DNA of 64,000 nt from the human T2T-CHM13v2.0 reference genome, Homo sapiens, in NCBI RefSeq assembly GCF_009914755.1, contig NC_060926.1; one strand, written 5' to 3'. Under the pieces are notes generated by a model. The model did not search any database, was not told the DNA's origin, and worked only from the letters and a program-made list of their open reading frames with translations. The position numbers and the translations under genes are program-made. Below are positions 1-12,737 of the stretch, piece after piece (position 1 is the stretch's first letter; every line of letters starts with the position of its first letter).

Positions 1-235
1 TGGCTTACTAAAACCTCCACCTCCCAGGCTCAGGTGATCCTCCCACCTAGCCTCCCAATTAGCTGGGACTACACAGGCACATGCTGCCACACCTGGCTAA
101 TTTTTGTATTTTTTGTTGAGATGGGGTTTTGCCATGTTGCCCAGGCTAGTCTTGAACTCCTGAGCTCAAGCAGTCCACCCACCTCGGCCTCCCAAAGTAC
201 TGGGATTACAGGGTTGAGCCATTGTACCAGGCCTG
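1..235 (-). mobile_element. Alu (old, AluJ-like), cut by window start
   Basis: Antisense Alu motifs ctcccaaagtactgggattacagg and gctaatttttgtattttt. Confidence 0.9.
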
Positions 236-239
236 GGAG

Positions 240-927
240 CCAAGGTTCTACATACAGATTTTTAACACAGAATTCTTAAAGCTAACAAAATATCACCAAC
301 ACCTTATTAGGGGAAAGCAGAATGTTCCCTTATAAGTAATTTACTATTATGAAGTGGTTTGGTGAGGGTGGGGGGTTCAAGGTGACCTGGCCAGAAAATT
401 GGGCTTTTTCTAGCTTTACACATGGCAAGGCAGAGCTACAGGGGAGTCAAAGTTAGTGAGAAGCAAAACCTTAAGAGTGTTTCAGGGGGGGTCCTTTTCC
501 AGATTGGACAACAGCGAACTGGCCTTTCTTTCCTGATAGTCACAGACCTCAGCCCTGCTTACAGAGTCTGTGCACAAATTATCTTTGTGCTCTATAGTTT
601 ACCTTTTGACTTAAAGAGTCAATTTTCACCTCACTTTCATGCTAAAACTTCACCCCAAACTGAACATGGAATGTACGTTTCATATATGTTTACTCACTAC
701 ACACACTCCTGACTTCCCTTATGAATATTCATAGATTTCCTCCAAACCTGATGAATATGTATGTAAGGCTAACCTTGCAAGGCATGAATATACCAGCTTT
801 CCTTTCCCTTCCATGGAGCACATACTTTGTTTTCCTTGGAGGTGGCATTCCCCAATATGCAGATTATTTCTCCCTCTGAAAATAAAGTTTTCTCCTTTCC
901 TTCCTCCATGAGGCTTTTTTGTTTACA
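240..927 (+). mobile_element. Probable ERV LTR remnant
   Basis: LTR-like composition with AATAAA at ~880 and terminal ...tttaca; family not confidently identified. Confidence 0.35.
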
Positions 928-949
928 ATCCTCATCCTCTGCCATATGT

Positions 950-1620
950 CTTCTGCTGGGTTCTCCTAAAGTAGACCTGGAGTTCGAGACTCATGTGTAA
1001 ATTGTCTGTTAAGGAAGTGTTCCCTGGAGGGCATGGAGAGGAGGAAGAAACGAGACAGGGCTGTGATATTTATTTATTTTATTATACTTTAAGTTCTAGG
1101 GTACATGTGCACAACGTGCAGGTTTGTTACATATGTATACACATGCCATGTTGGTGTGCTGCACCCATTAAGTCGTCATTTACATTAGGTATATCTCCTA
1201 ATGTTATCCCTCCCCCCTCCCCCAACCCTATGACAGGCCCAGGGGTGCGATGTTCCCCTTCCTGTTTCCAAGTGTTCTCATTGTTCAATTCCCACCTATG
1301 AGTGAGAACATGCGGTGTTTGGTTTTTTGTCCTTGAGATAGTTGGCTGAGAATGATGGTTTCCAGCTTCATCCATGTCCCTACAAAGGAGTGAAGTCCGC
1401 TCCTCAGCTTGATGCCATGGGGCGCTCTGGAGTGGGAATTACCCCACAGTTTATCCCATCTCAAGACAAAGGAGTGGGACTTTCACACTCCCACACCCTT
1501 AGTAGTTAGTGCACGGGCAATCACTGAAGAAGGGAACACGTGCTGGCCATTAGGAGCCAAGCATGGAGAAGCTGTGAGACACTGCTGAAGGGATTTTGTA
1601 GGCACGTAGGTGGAGGTCAA
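950..1620. mobile_element. Old ERVL-type LTR (LTR33/LTR41-like), interrupted by L1PA
   Basis: gggttctcctaaagtagacc...aaggaagtgttccc, then gtgaagtcc...ggggcgctctggag continues across the L1. Confidence 0.45.
1068..1389 (-). mobile_element. Young L1PA 3' end, 5'-truncated
   Basis: attatactttaagttctagggtacatgtgcacaacgtgcagg...ccatgtccctacaaagga is the L1PA 3'UTR and ORF2 end. Confidence 0.95.
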
Positions 1621-2801
1621 CCAGAAGACAAGTGAGCCGGGATCAGAGCTACCCAGCCAACCTGCAGCTGTGTGAGAAGGGAAGGCTTTTTGGCCTGTAC
1701 CAGTGAGATTTTTTTGTTGTTTGTCATGCAGCATTATTGCAGCAGTAGCTAACGGTAAGTTATTGTGATTTTTTGGCTCCTTATGGTTTTCCAGTGCTTT
1801 GAAATGCAGCTGGACATTCTGCTGCTGGGTTCTGTGGCATACAAAGGATCCTAATTTTAAAAAACAAAACAAACATTTCGACTTCAGCTAGTTTAAGCCG
1901 TTTCTCTTTCCTTGCAAGGAAAAGATTTCCCACCTATCAGCTATGCAGCTGCGGTCGTTCAGGTTAAGATATGATTTAACATACTCTGTGGCTTCTTCTT
2001 GGCTTAGAATATTTCTAGACAGTTTTTGAAAGAATATCCCTTGAGCTTAACCAGCCCAAGGTACACTCAACTCCTTTGAGTCTTCATCCAGGATGTCAGC
2101 TTTACCTGTGGGTCCTGGCAATTAAGTAACCTTTTATGAGAGTCCTGTAGGGGCCCGGAGGAGCTGGGCTCTGTGTATTGATGAAAGGAACCCAGTGCTT
2201 CCTCTCCTCAGAAGCTTGAATGGCAGAAGTGTTCGCAGCCTTGAGCTAAAGCAGGGATAAATCATTCACTGTGGGTTTTTTTATTATAAAAGCCCAGATG
2301 GGCTTCCTGGTAGAAGGTGGCGGAAACAGAGCTGTCTGCCTCCAAAGGGCACCTCTCTATGTCTTCATTCCCAAAGTAGGTGCATAATTAGAAATCCTGC
2401 AATTCTTCTTTAAAACGTCTCTAAGGTTTTCCTTAAGATTGTCATTAGTGCCTTAAATTGTAGCATAACTTGATTTTCGTGATTGCTGACACCTCATACT
2501 ATCAGAATCAAGGTATAATTTCCCCTAAAGTATTAATGAGAAGAAAAGATAAGGCCACTTTGACTTCCTCGAAGCATCCCTATTCTTTTTCTCTGGCGTG
2601 TTGCTGTTCTTTTCATTTTAATTTTTAAGAAACATCCAGGCTTTTTGCTGTAATTGCAAAGCAGGGAATTGAGTTGGTTTTGGACTTTATTAGTCTGCTT
2701 ATGGGTTACAAATGTTTTGGACAATTGTTTAAATTGTAAATTCATGATCTTATTTCTTTTTCCTCTCTGTTTAATTTCCTTTTCTCTTTCTTCCTTGGTT
2801 A

Positions 2802-3559
2802 TGAAAATGGGAGAGTTCTCTGAACCCCCTTGCAGGATGTGTGGCTTATCTGTTCAGCCTTCATGTGCACTCAAACCCCCTTAAGGGAGGGAGTGCATGC
2901 AGATGGGCAGGTGCAGGAGCCTGGGCGAGTGCCCCTGGGCTCTGGCCCCACAGCAGCATCCAGGGGTGGGTACCTAAGGCTCCTGAAGCCCAAGTGGGCA
3001 TGTGTTACAGTGTGCTCTCTTAGCTTTGCCGTCCATGGACAGTGTTAACCAGCTTAGTACCCTCTTGGTACCCGGGTCCTGGTCCAGAATCCAGGAAGAA
3101 TCAGGTCACACACAGACTTGAAGGATGAATGCAGGGGTTTTATTGAGAGGTGGAAGTGGCTCTCAGCAGGATGGATGGGGTGCTGGAAGGGAGATGGAGT
3201 GGAAAGATGATCTTCCTCTGGAGTTTGGATGTCCAGAGGCCGATCTCCTCTCCGACTGTCCCCAGTCGAACTCCTGTCAGTGTTCAGATACTCCTTCTCT
3301 TCTGTCTGCTGCACGGTTCTGCCATCCATCTGTTTTTCTGTTCATCTCCTCGTCTGCTCATCTGTCCATAGAGCCTGAGGTTTGAGGGCTTATGTGGGTA
3401 CAGGGTAAGGGGTGTGGCAGGCCAAAAGGCAACTTTTGGGTGCAAAAATAGGAATGCCTGTTCTCAATTCGGGCTGTGGGTTTCCAAGTTTGAGGGTGGG
3501 ATCTTTGCCAGAGAACGTCCCTCTTCTACACTGTATTTCCCTGTCTTCTGTCCATGTCA
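2802..3559 (-). mobile_element. Solo LTR, LTR27/LTR28/MER52 family (ERV1), inserted in gag
   Basis: TG...CA termini; minus start TGACATGGACAGAAGACAGGGAAATAC; 4-bp TSD GTTA at 2798-2801 and 3560-3563. Confidence 0.8.
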
Positions 3560-5450
3560 GTTAGAGTGTAAGACATTTGGTCAGCAAAATTAACTAGATC
3601 ATGAGTTTGAGAGGTAGCTCAACCAAGGTATTGTCTCTTTATTATAATTGCCAGTTTTTCATCTAGTCCATTTATAAATTTTGAGTTAAGGAGAATATAA
3701 TTTTGGTGATTAGAATAACTTTCTTCTGATGGGCCTGAATATTGTTGAAATACTTTTTCAAATCTCTCATAGTATGATATTATAGGCTCATCAAAATTTT
3801 GTTGGCATTGCTGTATTTTACTCCAATCAACTACTGTTTTGAAAACTAAGGGAATAGTATCTAGTAAAGACTTGGCAGTACTGCAGGCCCATTCATGATC
3901 TGCTTCAGAAAATTTATGCAAGTTTTTCACAATATTCCTGCAGTTTACCTTTGCTACCCAGTCTTGGCTTTTCTTTCTGATATTAACATGTGAACCAATT
4001 GGTATATGTCAGAAAATCCAGCCAGAGTCATAAGTTCAAATATTTAGTTCAAATTCTTTAGCAAATTCAATCAAGTTCTGAAGAGGATACAGGAATTCTT
4101 TACATCTTTAAGTTCCACTTTTGACCATAATCAATAACCAAGGCAGATTCTCCTCTATCAGACACAGAGTATTCCCAGAATGGAGCCAGAACAGCAGAAG
4201 GTAGAGGAGGAAAGAGAAGTAAGTTTGGACAAGGAAGTTCTGGCAAAAGAAAAGAAGATGAAGAAGGGGGAAAATTTTGGGCAGTCATTTTCAAATCAGA
4301 AAGTGTTTTAGACAATCTTTTGTTTTCCACTTGCAAAGAAATGACTATTAGAACCTGTCTAGAAACTTCTAAGTACCATTGAAAATAGGTACCATCCCCA
4401 GTTATTTTATTTTAGGGCTTGCTTTTTGTAATTGACTGTACTGATAAACTAGGCTAGGTATTTCAAAGGTACTCCATGTGGACCATTGTAATTTGGGGTC
4501 TCTGGGAGTTATGTGAGACCATTTTTCTAAATATTTGCATGAAGAAATGCTGTAAGTATTACACATAAGTCCAGTTAGTGTTTCTAAAGGTGATTCTCTC
4601 TGTAAGGAGGAAGACTCAGTTTTAGAAGTATAATTGCCCACAATTTAGATCTTCCTTTCGCAAGAGCAAAAATATCTAATGGGATTTTGTTTTGGATCAA
4701 GTGTGCAGCTTATAGGAATAGCTCCTCAAGGTGTCAGCCTTGAGTGGGTTCTTCCCTTTTACATGTCTTGGTGGTTCCAAGAAACTTGGTGCTTAAGGCA
4801 TTAGATGACCAGCCTTTATGTGTGTCCGCTGGGTTAAGCAATGCTCCCTGCATGTTCTTCTTAAAAGACTTCCGTGAGACTGTTCACACTGTAAGTGATT
4901 AGCTCCAACATTCCCACAAGACCTTAGCCACCTAAGGTGCCTTTTGGTTAGGAGGAACAGTGTCTTATTTTGTCCTCTTCTTATTTTGGTCACTCAAGAA
5001 GAAAGTGTAGATTTATCAGTTGAGCCAAGCTTCAGAATCTGGCCAGCTTTTAAAATTACACTTTTTATTTATTTTTATATTTTTGCTTAAGCCACAAAGA
5101 TCCACTTCCTCTTTCCAGAGAGAAACTGTTTCCCCACTGACTAAAATTCTGAATGAGAGAAAAGGTTGAAAATCAAAATCTCTAATGAATAATTCCAAAA
5201 CAACCCCTTAATCTCAGAGAAAAGTAAAACTCACAAATTCATGATTAGCAGAATCTCTAGAGAGTAACAAATGAAACTCCTAGCTTGAGGTAGAGCTTCA
5301 ATTCCAACTCCGTTGAGTTAGGAATGTGTGTAGCTCAAATAGTCTGAATCCGCAAGCGAGCCTGGGATGATTTGGACCAAGAGGGGCCTTACCAGAGATC
5401 TCCATTGACTCTTGTGAAACTGGGTGAATGAAAATCCTTTGCGTTGGTGC

Positions 5451-6083
5451 TGTTACCAGAAAGGGGTCCTGATCCAGACCCCAAGAGAGGGTTCTTACAT
5501 CTCATGCAAGAAAGAATTCGGGGTGAATCCACAGAGTAAAGTGAAAGCAAGTTTATTAGAGAAGTAAAGAAACAAAAGAATGGCTACTCCATAGACAGAG
5601 CAGCCCTGAGGGCTGCTGGTTGGCTATTTTTATGGTTATTTCTTGATTATATGCTAAACAAAGGGTGGATTATTCATGAGTTTTCCAGGCAAAGAACCTG
5701 GAGTTCCTGGAACTGAGGGTTCTTCCCCTTCTTAGACCGTAAAGGGTAACTTGCAGACATGGCCATGGCATTTGTAAACTGTCTGTGGCACTGGTGGGAG
5801 TTCTTTAGCATGCTAATGTATTATGATTATTGTATAATGAGCAGTGAGGCTGACCAGAGGTCACTTTAGTCACCATCTTGGTTTTGACAGGTTTTGGTTG
5901 GCTTCTTTACTGCATCCTGTTTTATCAGCAAGGTCTTCGTGACCTGTATTTTGTGCCAACCTCCTATTTCATCCTGTGACTAAGAATCCCTAACCTCCTG
6001 GGAATGCAGCCTAGCACGTCTCAGCCTCGTTTTACCCCACTCCTATTCCTGGTAGAGTTGCTCTAGTTTGAATGCCTCTGATA
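5451..6083 (-). mobile_element. MER41 (MER41B-like) solo LTR
   Basis: Minus start TATCAGAGGCATTCAAACTAGAGCAACTC; plus start tgttaccagaaaggggtcctgatccagacc; near-TSD gtgc/gtac. Confidence 0.85.
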
Positions 6084-6139
6084 GTACCAGTGCCCCATCT
6101 GTCGGTGAAGTGACAGGGATCACTGAAGGTCCACAAGAG

Positions 6140-6258
6140 AATTTCTCAGCTGCAGCACCTGATTAAAGCCTTCTTCCCTGGCAACATTCATCTCAGTGAC
6201 TGGCATTCTGTGTGGCAAGCAACAGGATCTAGACCACACTCTTAGTGTTTTGGTGACA
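6140..6258 (+). mobile_element. MER4-group LTR 3' fragment (inverted copy of the end of the 6956 LTR)
   Basis: Reverse complement aligns with ~6956-7070 and ~12743-12860. Confidence 0.75.
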
Positions 6259-6410
6259 AGAGTTCATCACGCTACTCAGAACTGCATGTAATTTAAAATG
6301 TATGCATTGTTCATTCCTGGAATTTTTCATTTACTGTTTTCTGACTATGATTGACTGTGGGTAACTGAAACCATAGAAAGAGAAACCACAGATAAAGGCA
6401 GACTACCATA
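6259..6410 (-). mobile_element. MER44 (Tigger7-derived) 5' portion
   Basis: ttcatcacgctactcagaac...ggtaactgaaacc...gataaaggcagactac resembles the MER44 terminus. Confidence 0.75.
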
Positions 6411-6427
6411 GTCAGAGGTTGTCAGAA

Positions 6428-6886
6428 TGTTAATCTTAAATAATGAGATTCAGAAAAGATGATTAAGTATAGAGTTTATTTGAGCACAAAGCTTGGGAAT
6501 GGCCACCCACAAAAGCACTGACTCCAGACAAATAGGGTCAGCATTTGATAAGTGGGGAAGCTAAAGTTTCAATTATATAGGCAAAGACAGAGAAATTCTA
6601 GCAGGATTACAACATTTTCCATATAAGATCAGGTATACATGCCATAGCAATTTGATTGTTTACAGATTGCCACATTCCAATAGAGATTACTTTATTACTC
6701 TTTGAGGAGGGGCAGTAATCTGAGGGTGTCTTATTTCCAGCACTGCTTGGTCTTTTTAATTATTTACAGAAACAAAAGGAAGAATTTGCAGCTGGATGTC
6801 ATGTGACTCAGGTTTTATAGGCACATTCAAGACTCAGTATAATTTAAAGTCCCAACAGCTTTAAGTTTGAACTATTTAATTTCACA
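6428..6886 (-). mobile_element. ERV1 solo LTR (MER4 group)
   Basis: tgttaatc...ttcaca termini, antisense AATAAA (tttatt) near left end, ~460 bp. Confidence 0.6.
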
Positions 6887-8019
6887 GCCTAAAATATTTC
6901 CTGTCTTAGAAATAAACATTTCATAAGTTTTAAATTGCATGCTGTTCTGAAATCTTGTTACAAAACACCAGAGATTTGTTCTAGGTCCTGTTGCTCACCA
7001 CACAGAAAACCAGCCACTGAAATGAGTGTCGTCAGGAAAGAAGGCTTTAATCGGGTGCTGCAGCCAAGAAGAGTGGGAATGAGTCTCACATCCATCTCTC
7101 TGATGACTAAAATTGGGAGGTTTGTATAGTGGAGAAGGAGGGAAAACAGGAATTAGGGAGGAGTAAGGAAGCAGTTATGATGGATTAAGGGTCTGATGAC
7201 TCACTGCCTAGATGCAGTGATCTGATGAGTTTCAGTTCATCTCCTGAGGAAGGAACTCAGATGAGACAAATGTAAGTTTGAAGTGTTAAGACCAAGGAGA
7301 ATCAGCTTCTATGTTTATTCAAAAAACTGTAAATATTAGTTCCATGAGACAATTGAGGCAGTTTCAATCCTCACTTTCTATGTATCAATTCCTCAGTCAT
7401 GGGGAATCTGCTGGTCATTTCTTTTGGCTGCTTCATGCGGAAGAGGGGGCATTGTGGGATGATCATGAGGAATGAAAACATTACCCCTGTAAATGGAAGT
7501 ACTCATGAGTACCTGGCTGGCATCCAGCTTGTTGAAACACCATGTGACTCCAATTGTGTCTTGTTATAATAAAAGAAAACAGATTCTTACTGAAATTAGG
7601 GAAATAGCTATATTGCCACAGATTAAGAATATTCAGAAATAGTTTCTGAATTCTGGAGAATTCAAGTAGAGATAGAGAAATATGCATCAGGTTTTGTTTA
7701 CAAGGCTAAAATAGCTTAAAAAAAGAATTTTTCTTGACTCTGAAAAACAAAACAAAAAGAATTAGCAATGTTTGAAAGAAAAAAGCCACAAAAATTATTT
7801 CAGTTCTCTAATAGTTCAGTGCATGCAATTGACTCTTGTATTTGCTTCATATTGGGTTAACAATCTTCATGAACAAAAACAGCTCTGTAATTTTAGTCCT
7901 GGCCATTTCTTTTTTTAGTCCAATGGCATAATCACCAAAGTTATCAGAAATCTATATTCAAGAGTCTTTTTCATGGAATCTCCTAAAGAAGTAAGTTGTT
8001 TTTTAAAAAAACAAAAACA

Positions 8020-8330
8020 GGCCGGGTGCAGTGGCTCACGTCTGTAATCCCAGCACTTTGGGAGGCCGAGGCGGGTGGATCACCTGAGGTCAGGATTTCG
8101 AGACCAGCCTGGCCAACATGGTGAAACCCCGTCTCCACTAAAAATACAAAAATTAGCTGAGCATGGTGGCAGGCATCTGTTAACCCAGCTACCTGGGAGG
8201 CTGAGGCAGGAGAGAGAATCACTTGAACCCGGGGGGTAGAGGTTGCAGTGAGCTGAGATTGTGCCACTGCAATCCAGCCTGGGCAACAGAGCGAGACTCC
8301 ATCTCAAAACAAAATCAAAAACAAAAAACC
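8020..8330 (+). mobile_element. AluS (Sx/Sq-like)
   Basis: Full dimeric Alu with A-rich tail. Confidence 0.95.
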
Positions 8331-8334
8331 AAGA

Positions 8335-8679
8335 CATTTATTCTCTCATGGTTTTTGAGGCTAGAAGTCCAGAATCAAAGCATTAGCTGAGCTGGTCCTT
8401 TTTGCAGGTTCTGATAGAGAATTCTGTGCCTTTCACACCACTTTCAGTGGTTGCTGGCAATGCTTGGCGTGGCTCGGCTTGTAGCTGTATCACTGCAATT
8501 TCCTCCCTCAGCTGCCCATGGCATTCCACTCTCTGCATCTCTGCATGTCCTTCTTCTTCTCATAAGGGGTCAGTTATCAGATTTAGGGCCCACCTAAAAT
8601 GATCCTATTTCCAAATAAGGTCACATCTTGACGTTTTGGATGGACACAAATTTTGGAGGGACACTATTCAACCCATTAC
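8335..8679 (-). mobile_element. MLT1 (MaLR) LTR
   Basis: ctatttccaaataaggtcacat...ggagggacactattcaacccattaca. Confidence 0.75.
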
Positions 8680-10154
8680 AATAGTCATCCAGGAACTATC
8701 AATGACCCTACTATAATTAAACTACCAATGTTTACACATTCTTCTTTTGTCCGTAGAGATACAGTGACTATAGCAAATTCTTTGGTAATTTCCTAATCCA
8801 GAAATGGTGTGGATATTCAGAAATCTAGATCAGCTTTACTCTGTATATGTGTAAGAAAATTTCTAAGACTAAGAAGTAAGTTTTGGACTGTAGCTGATTA
8901 TAAGCTGCTTTTTGAGAAGAATCAAAATGAAGCAATAATTGTGGATGACAAAAGTCTTAGGACAGCCATAGTTAAAAACACAGTTGACAAAGAAATTTGG
9001 TTATTTCTGTGTCATACAACAATTTAACATAGTAATCATTATTACTATCACTGATAACATATACTAAGACATATAAGAATTTTAGGAATCTCATACAACT
9101 TTGGAACACATTAATAACATATTTATATAAATATAACCCAAAGAAAGTTAAATACAACTTCATATTTGATAATGTTTTCTGTATAATTTTGACATATCAA
9201 ATAAGCTTACATGTCTCTCTTGGACTTTGGGGGAACTTAATATCTCAAAAGTTAGTTTGAGGTAAAAAAAAAAAAAACTGAATTAGAACTTGAGATTTTT
9301 GCTTTGCAAGTTTGTCAAATATCAAAGATCTAAAGCACTTGATATTCCCAAATAGGATCACAGGTCATTCATCTAGCCAAAATGACAATTCAAAGATTTC
9401 AAAAAAATGATAACATTTATTCTTTGATAGAGAGGAGACTCAGTTTCCCAAACAATAAAACCTAATAAAGGCAGCATGAAGCCAACTAAATCTTTCTCTT
9501 TCTTTCTTTCTCTTTTTTCTGCAGTTTACTCAAAAGGTAGACAACAATCTTTTATTATCTCTTATTAATATTACATGAAAATTTTGTTCAAAAGATAAAA
9601 CCAAATTCTAACATTTGTATAGTGTACTATTAATGTTAAAGCTAATTTTAATGGAACCTTATGAATGTATCTATTTAATTTTAATCAGTTTGACCAAAAG
9701 ATAATATTTCCATAAATCCTTTATAACCTTTTACAATTTTCTACTAAAATGTAGATCAGTGCTCCAAGAAAACCTCGTTATTCTGACACAGGGTCCCAGA
9801 TGCTGGCCTTGCATTGGTGTGCTTTTGATATTAATGTTTAATTTGTAGAAAAATTCTGAACTAATCTTATCTCTCAAAATCGGCCCTTAAAATCTCATGC
9901 ACTCACCTCTTCCTTGATAGTCCCTAGGCCTGGAAGGATTGAATAGTTTTAATATATAGCTCTGTGTCTCATGAAAGCAACTCATTTTGATTGTTGCCTT
10001 CTCCCAGGTCTGAAGACAAGGCTTTGACTGGTGTCAATGTTTAAGATTTAGCAGGAGTCGGTGCCTTTTTCAGACCCAGGAGTTAAAGGCCTGTAACTTG
10101 ACAGCCAAGGACTTTAAAAGCAATACAGAAAGTTACACGGATGTAAAAACCTTA

Positions 10155-10472
10155 ATTTATTTATATTTTAATTTTATTTATTTTATTGAGACAGGCTTTT
10201 GCTCTGTTCCCCAGGTCAGAGTGCAGTGGTGCAATCATGGCCTGCTGTAAGCCTCCACCTCCTGAGCTCAAGCAATCCTCCCATCTCAGCCTCCCAAATA
10301 ACTAGGACTACAGGAAAGTGCCACACACCTTGCTATTTTTTTTTTTTTTTTTGGTAGAGATGGGACCTCCCTACGTTGCCTAGGCTGGTCTTAAACTCCT
10401 GGGCTCAAGTGATCCTCCCATCTCTGTTTCCCAAAGTGTTGGGGTTACAGGCATGAGCCACCATGCCTGGCC
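10155..10472 (-). mobile_element. AluJ
   Basis: Antisense dimeric Alu with J-type ctcctgggctcaagtgatcctccc. Confidence 0.9.
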
Positions 10473-12719
10473 CTTCATTCCTTTTAATTCCAGTTTTCTT
10501 AAGCCATCAAAAACCTAATAACAATGACATAGGAATTATCTCAATAAAACATAGAATCTGTTTCTTAGGCCAGTTACCAAAAAGCAAAGAAAGATCATAT
10601 GTAGTATGGTTGTCTCTCCTATGGTATCTTAACTTTTTCATATTCCTCTCCCCTGCTTACTGTTTCCTTTCTTCTTTATTTTATAAATCACCTTTTCAAG
10701 TCCATAATGTGAATCAACCTTTAGATAACTTTTGAATTTAGAGAATTTTTTTCTCAGTAGGGATACATTTTCTTTGTCACATTTTATATACAGAATTATA
10801 TATTAATTAGAATTCTTATTCTTTAGCAACCTTACATTTTAATGAAAAACCTAGGAAGCAAGAAATATTGAACTATCTATCAGATATCAGCATCTTTTAG
10901 ATAAGAACATTCCATAATTTTTAAAAACATGTTTCCCCATTTTATAATCCCTTCTTAATTAGAAATTACCAAGACATTTAATGACCATTCAAATGATTTC
11001 AAGATTTTAAATTACACAAAAATTTCACCCACAGTATTTACCCCATTTATATTTTATTCACTTTTAGCAATTTATCTAGATTACTTAGGAGAACTGAGAT
11101 ATTAGACAAAACTAGTCATTATTTCTTTGTCAACTAATTTTTATAACCTGTGCATATTAGGTGTTCACCTAAGTAAGAAGCTTAAGGTTAAATACCTGGG
11201 TATTTTCATCAATAACTCAGAAGATTCAGCTGTTTTCATAAAACCAAAAACATGAAATTAGTCTTATTTATCAAAAAAATCACTCAAAGATCATTTTGTT
11301 TTTGGTTGGGTTTATAGTCTTATAATCTTTTGTGCCAAACCCTGACATCTTTAAATATGTAGCACAGGCAAATATAAAACCTGGACCAAAAATGTATGCT
11401 GAATATTCCAAAGACATTTCTATTTTTATTTTACCCATAATCTTAAAGCCAGCTTGTTTATTAAATATTTACTAAAGTCATGTGAACTTGAAAAATGCTT
11501 AGACTTATTAACTTATGGGTGCTCTTTTGTTTACAAGCCAATTTGGTACTCTGTAGACACAATATATAATAAATGTACATTCACATAAACACATCTAGAC
11601 ATATATGCACACACACACAAAAAGATCCAATAGCTTTTACCTTGAAACTCTAGCCATGAGATAAAAACATAAATTTATCAGTTTACAAACATGTTCACAT
11701 GGCTAAACTTTGTTTACCTCAATAGATAATCCAATGAGGGCTGTGACCAAAATTTTGGGTAAAGCAATGGTAGTTTAATTCTAAAGGACAAACCTCCCAA
11801 AACTCCAAAGAACACTGGGGGCCAAGCATACTACAGAAGAATGTCACATACTAACTGTGCCCGACTAGGGTTAGAACAGAAGCATAAAAGCCTGCATACA
11901 TGGAGCTCCATCCTATTTTCCCATTCAACAGCAAAATGAATCCATTTGTAAGACAGTACTACAATTGAAAGACTCATGGAGTCCAAGCCTCCCCAAACTC
12001 CAAAGAATGTTGGGACAAATAGCATTACAAAAGAATAGTATTTTTCTTTGTTCTTTTCGTTTATAACTATATGCAGACCAATTTTGAAGAACACACCCAA
12101 GTCAACTGCATTCTAGAATCAAATTCCAATTTCCCATGACTATATCAACACACAGAAAAAAAATAATCAAAAATACAGTCTAACTGCAGTAGTGACTAAC
12201 AAGCCCCAACAGTATCTGAACTGTAGTTGAGGTGCTTCCCTTTTATAGTTGGTTGGGCTTGTTCAACCTGCAAACAGAAATTCCTTCAAAATTCCCCATA
12301 TCAAGAGGAACTGATCCTGCTCTCTGATATCCACAAAAGATGCTCATTTATCTGGTTACACACACAATTACTAACAAGCCCCCAGGAGTGTCCAGACCGA
12401 AATGGTCAGAGTGCTTCCCTTTTTCAATTGGTTGGGCTTGTTCAACCTGCAAACAAAAATTCCTTTAAAATTTCCCAAATTGAGAAGAGCAGATTCCACT
12501 GACTGGGCCCACACAAGACACTCACTGATGTGGAGGCAGATGTCATATTTCAAAGGCTGTCTTCCTAGGCAATCAGGAATACAGTTGGGGCTGGCAACAG
12601 TGCGAGCAGAGAGAGAGACACAAAAATCTACCTCTGGCTAAAAAGAGACAGATGGCTAGCTGCTTAGGAGGGCTTCTGAGACTCTCCTGTCCCTCGACAG
12701 CCAAGTCACGAGCAATGCA

Positions 12720-12737
12720 CTCCTGATCAGGGAACCA
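12720..12737 (-). other. Retroviral primer-binding site, tRNA-Glu type
   Basis: Plus strand ctcctgatcagggaacca matches the tRNA-Glu(CTC) 3' end TTCCCGGTCAGGGAACCA at 15/18; lies 5 nt from the LTR edge. Confidence 0.75.

Larger units (their letters stand above)
1690..6135 (-). mobile_element. Degenerate ERV1 internal region (leader, gag, pol remnant)
   Basis: Minus-strand fragments: MA-like MGNYTS...LQWSTW (4402-4641), CA major-homology-like QQNFDEPIISYYERFEK (3619-3930), decayed zinc knuckle CNYSKKPG (2533-2745), pol-connection-like piece (1483-1872). Confidence 0.75.
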
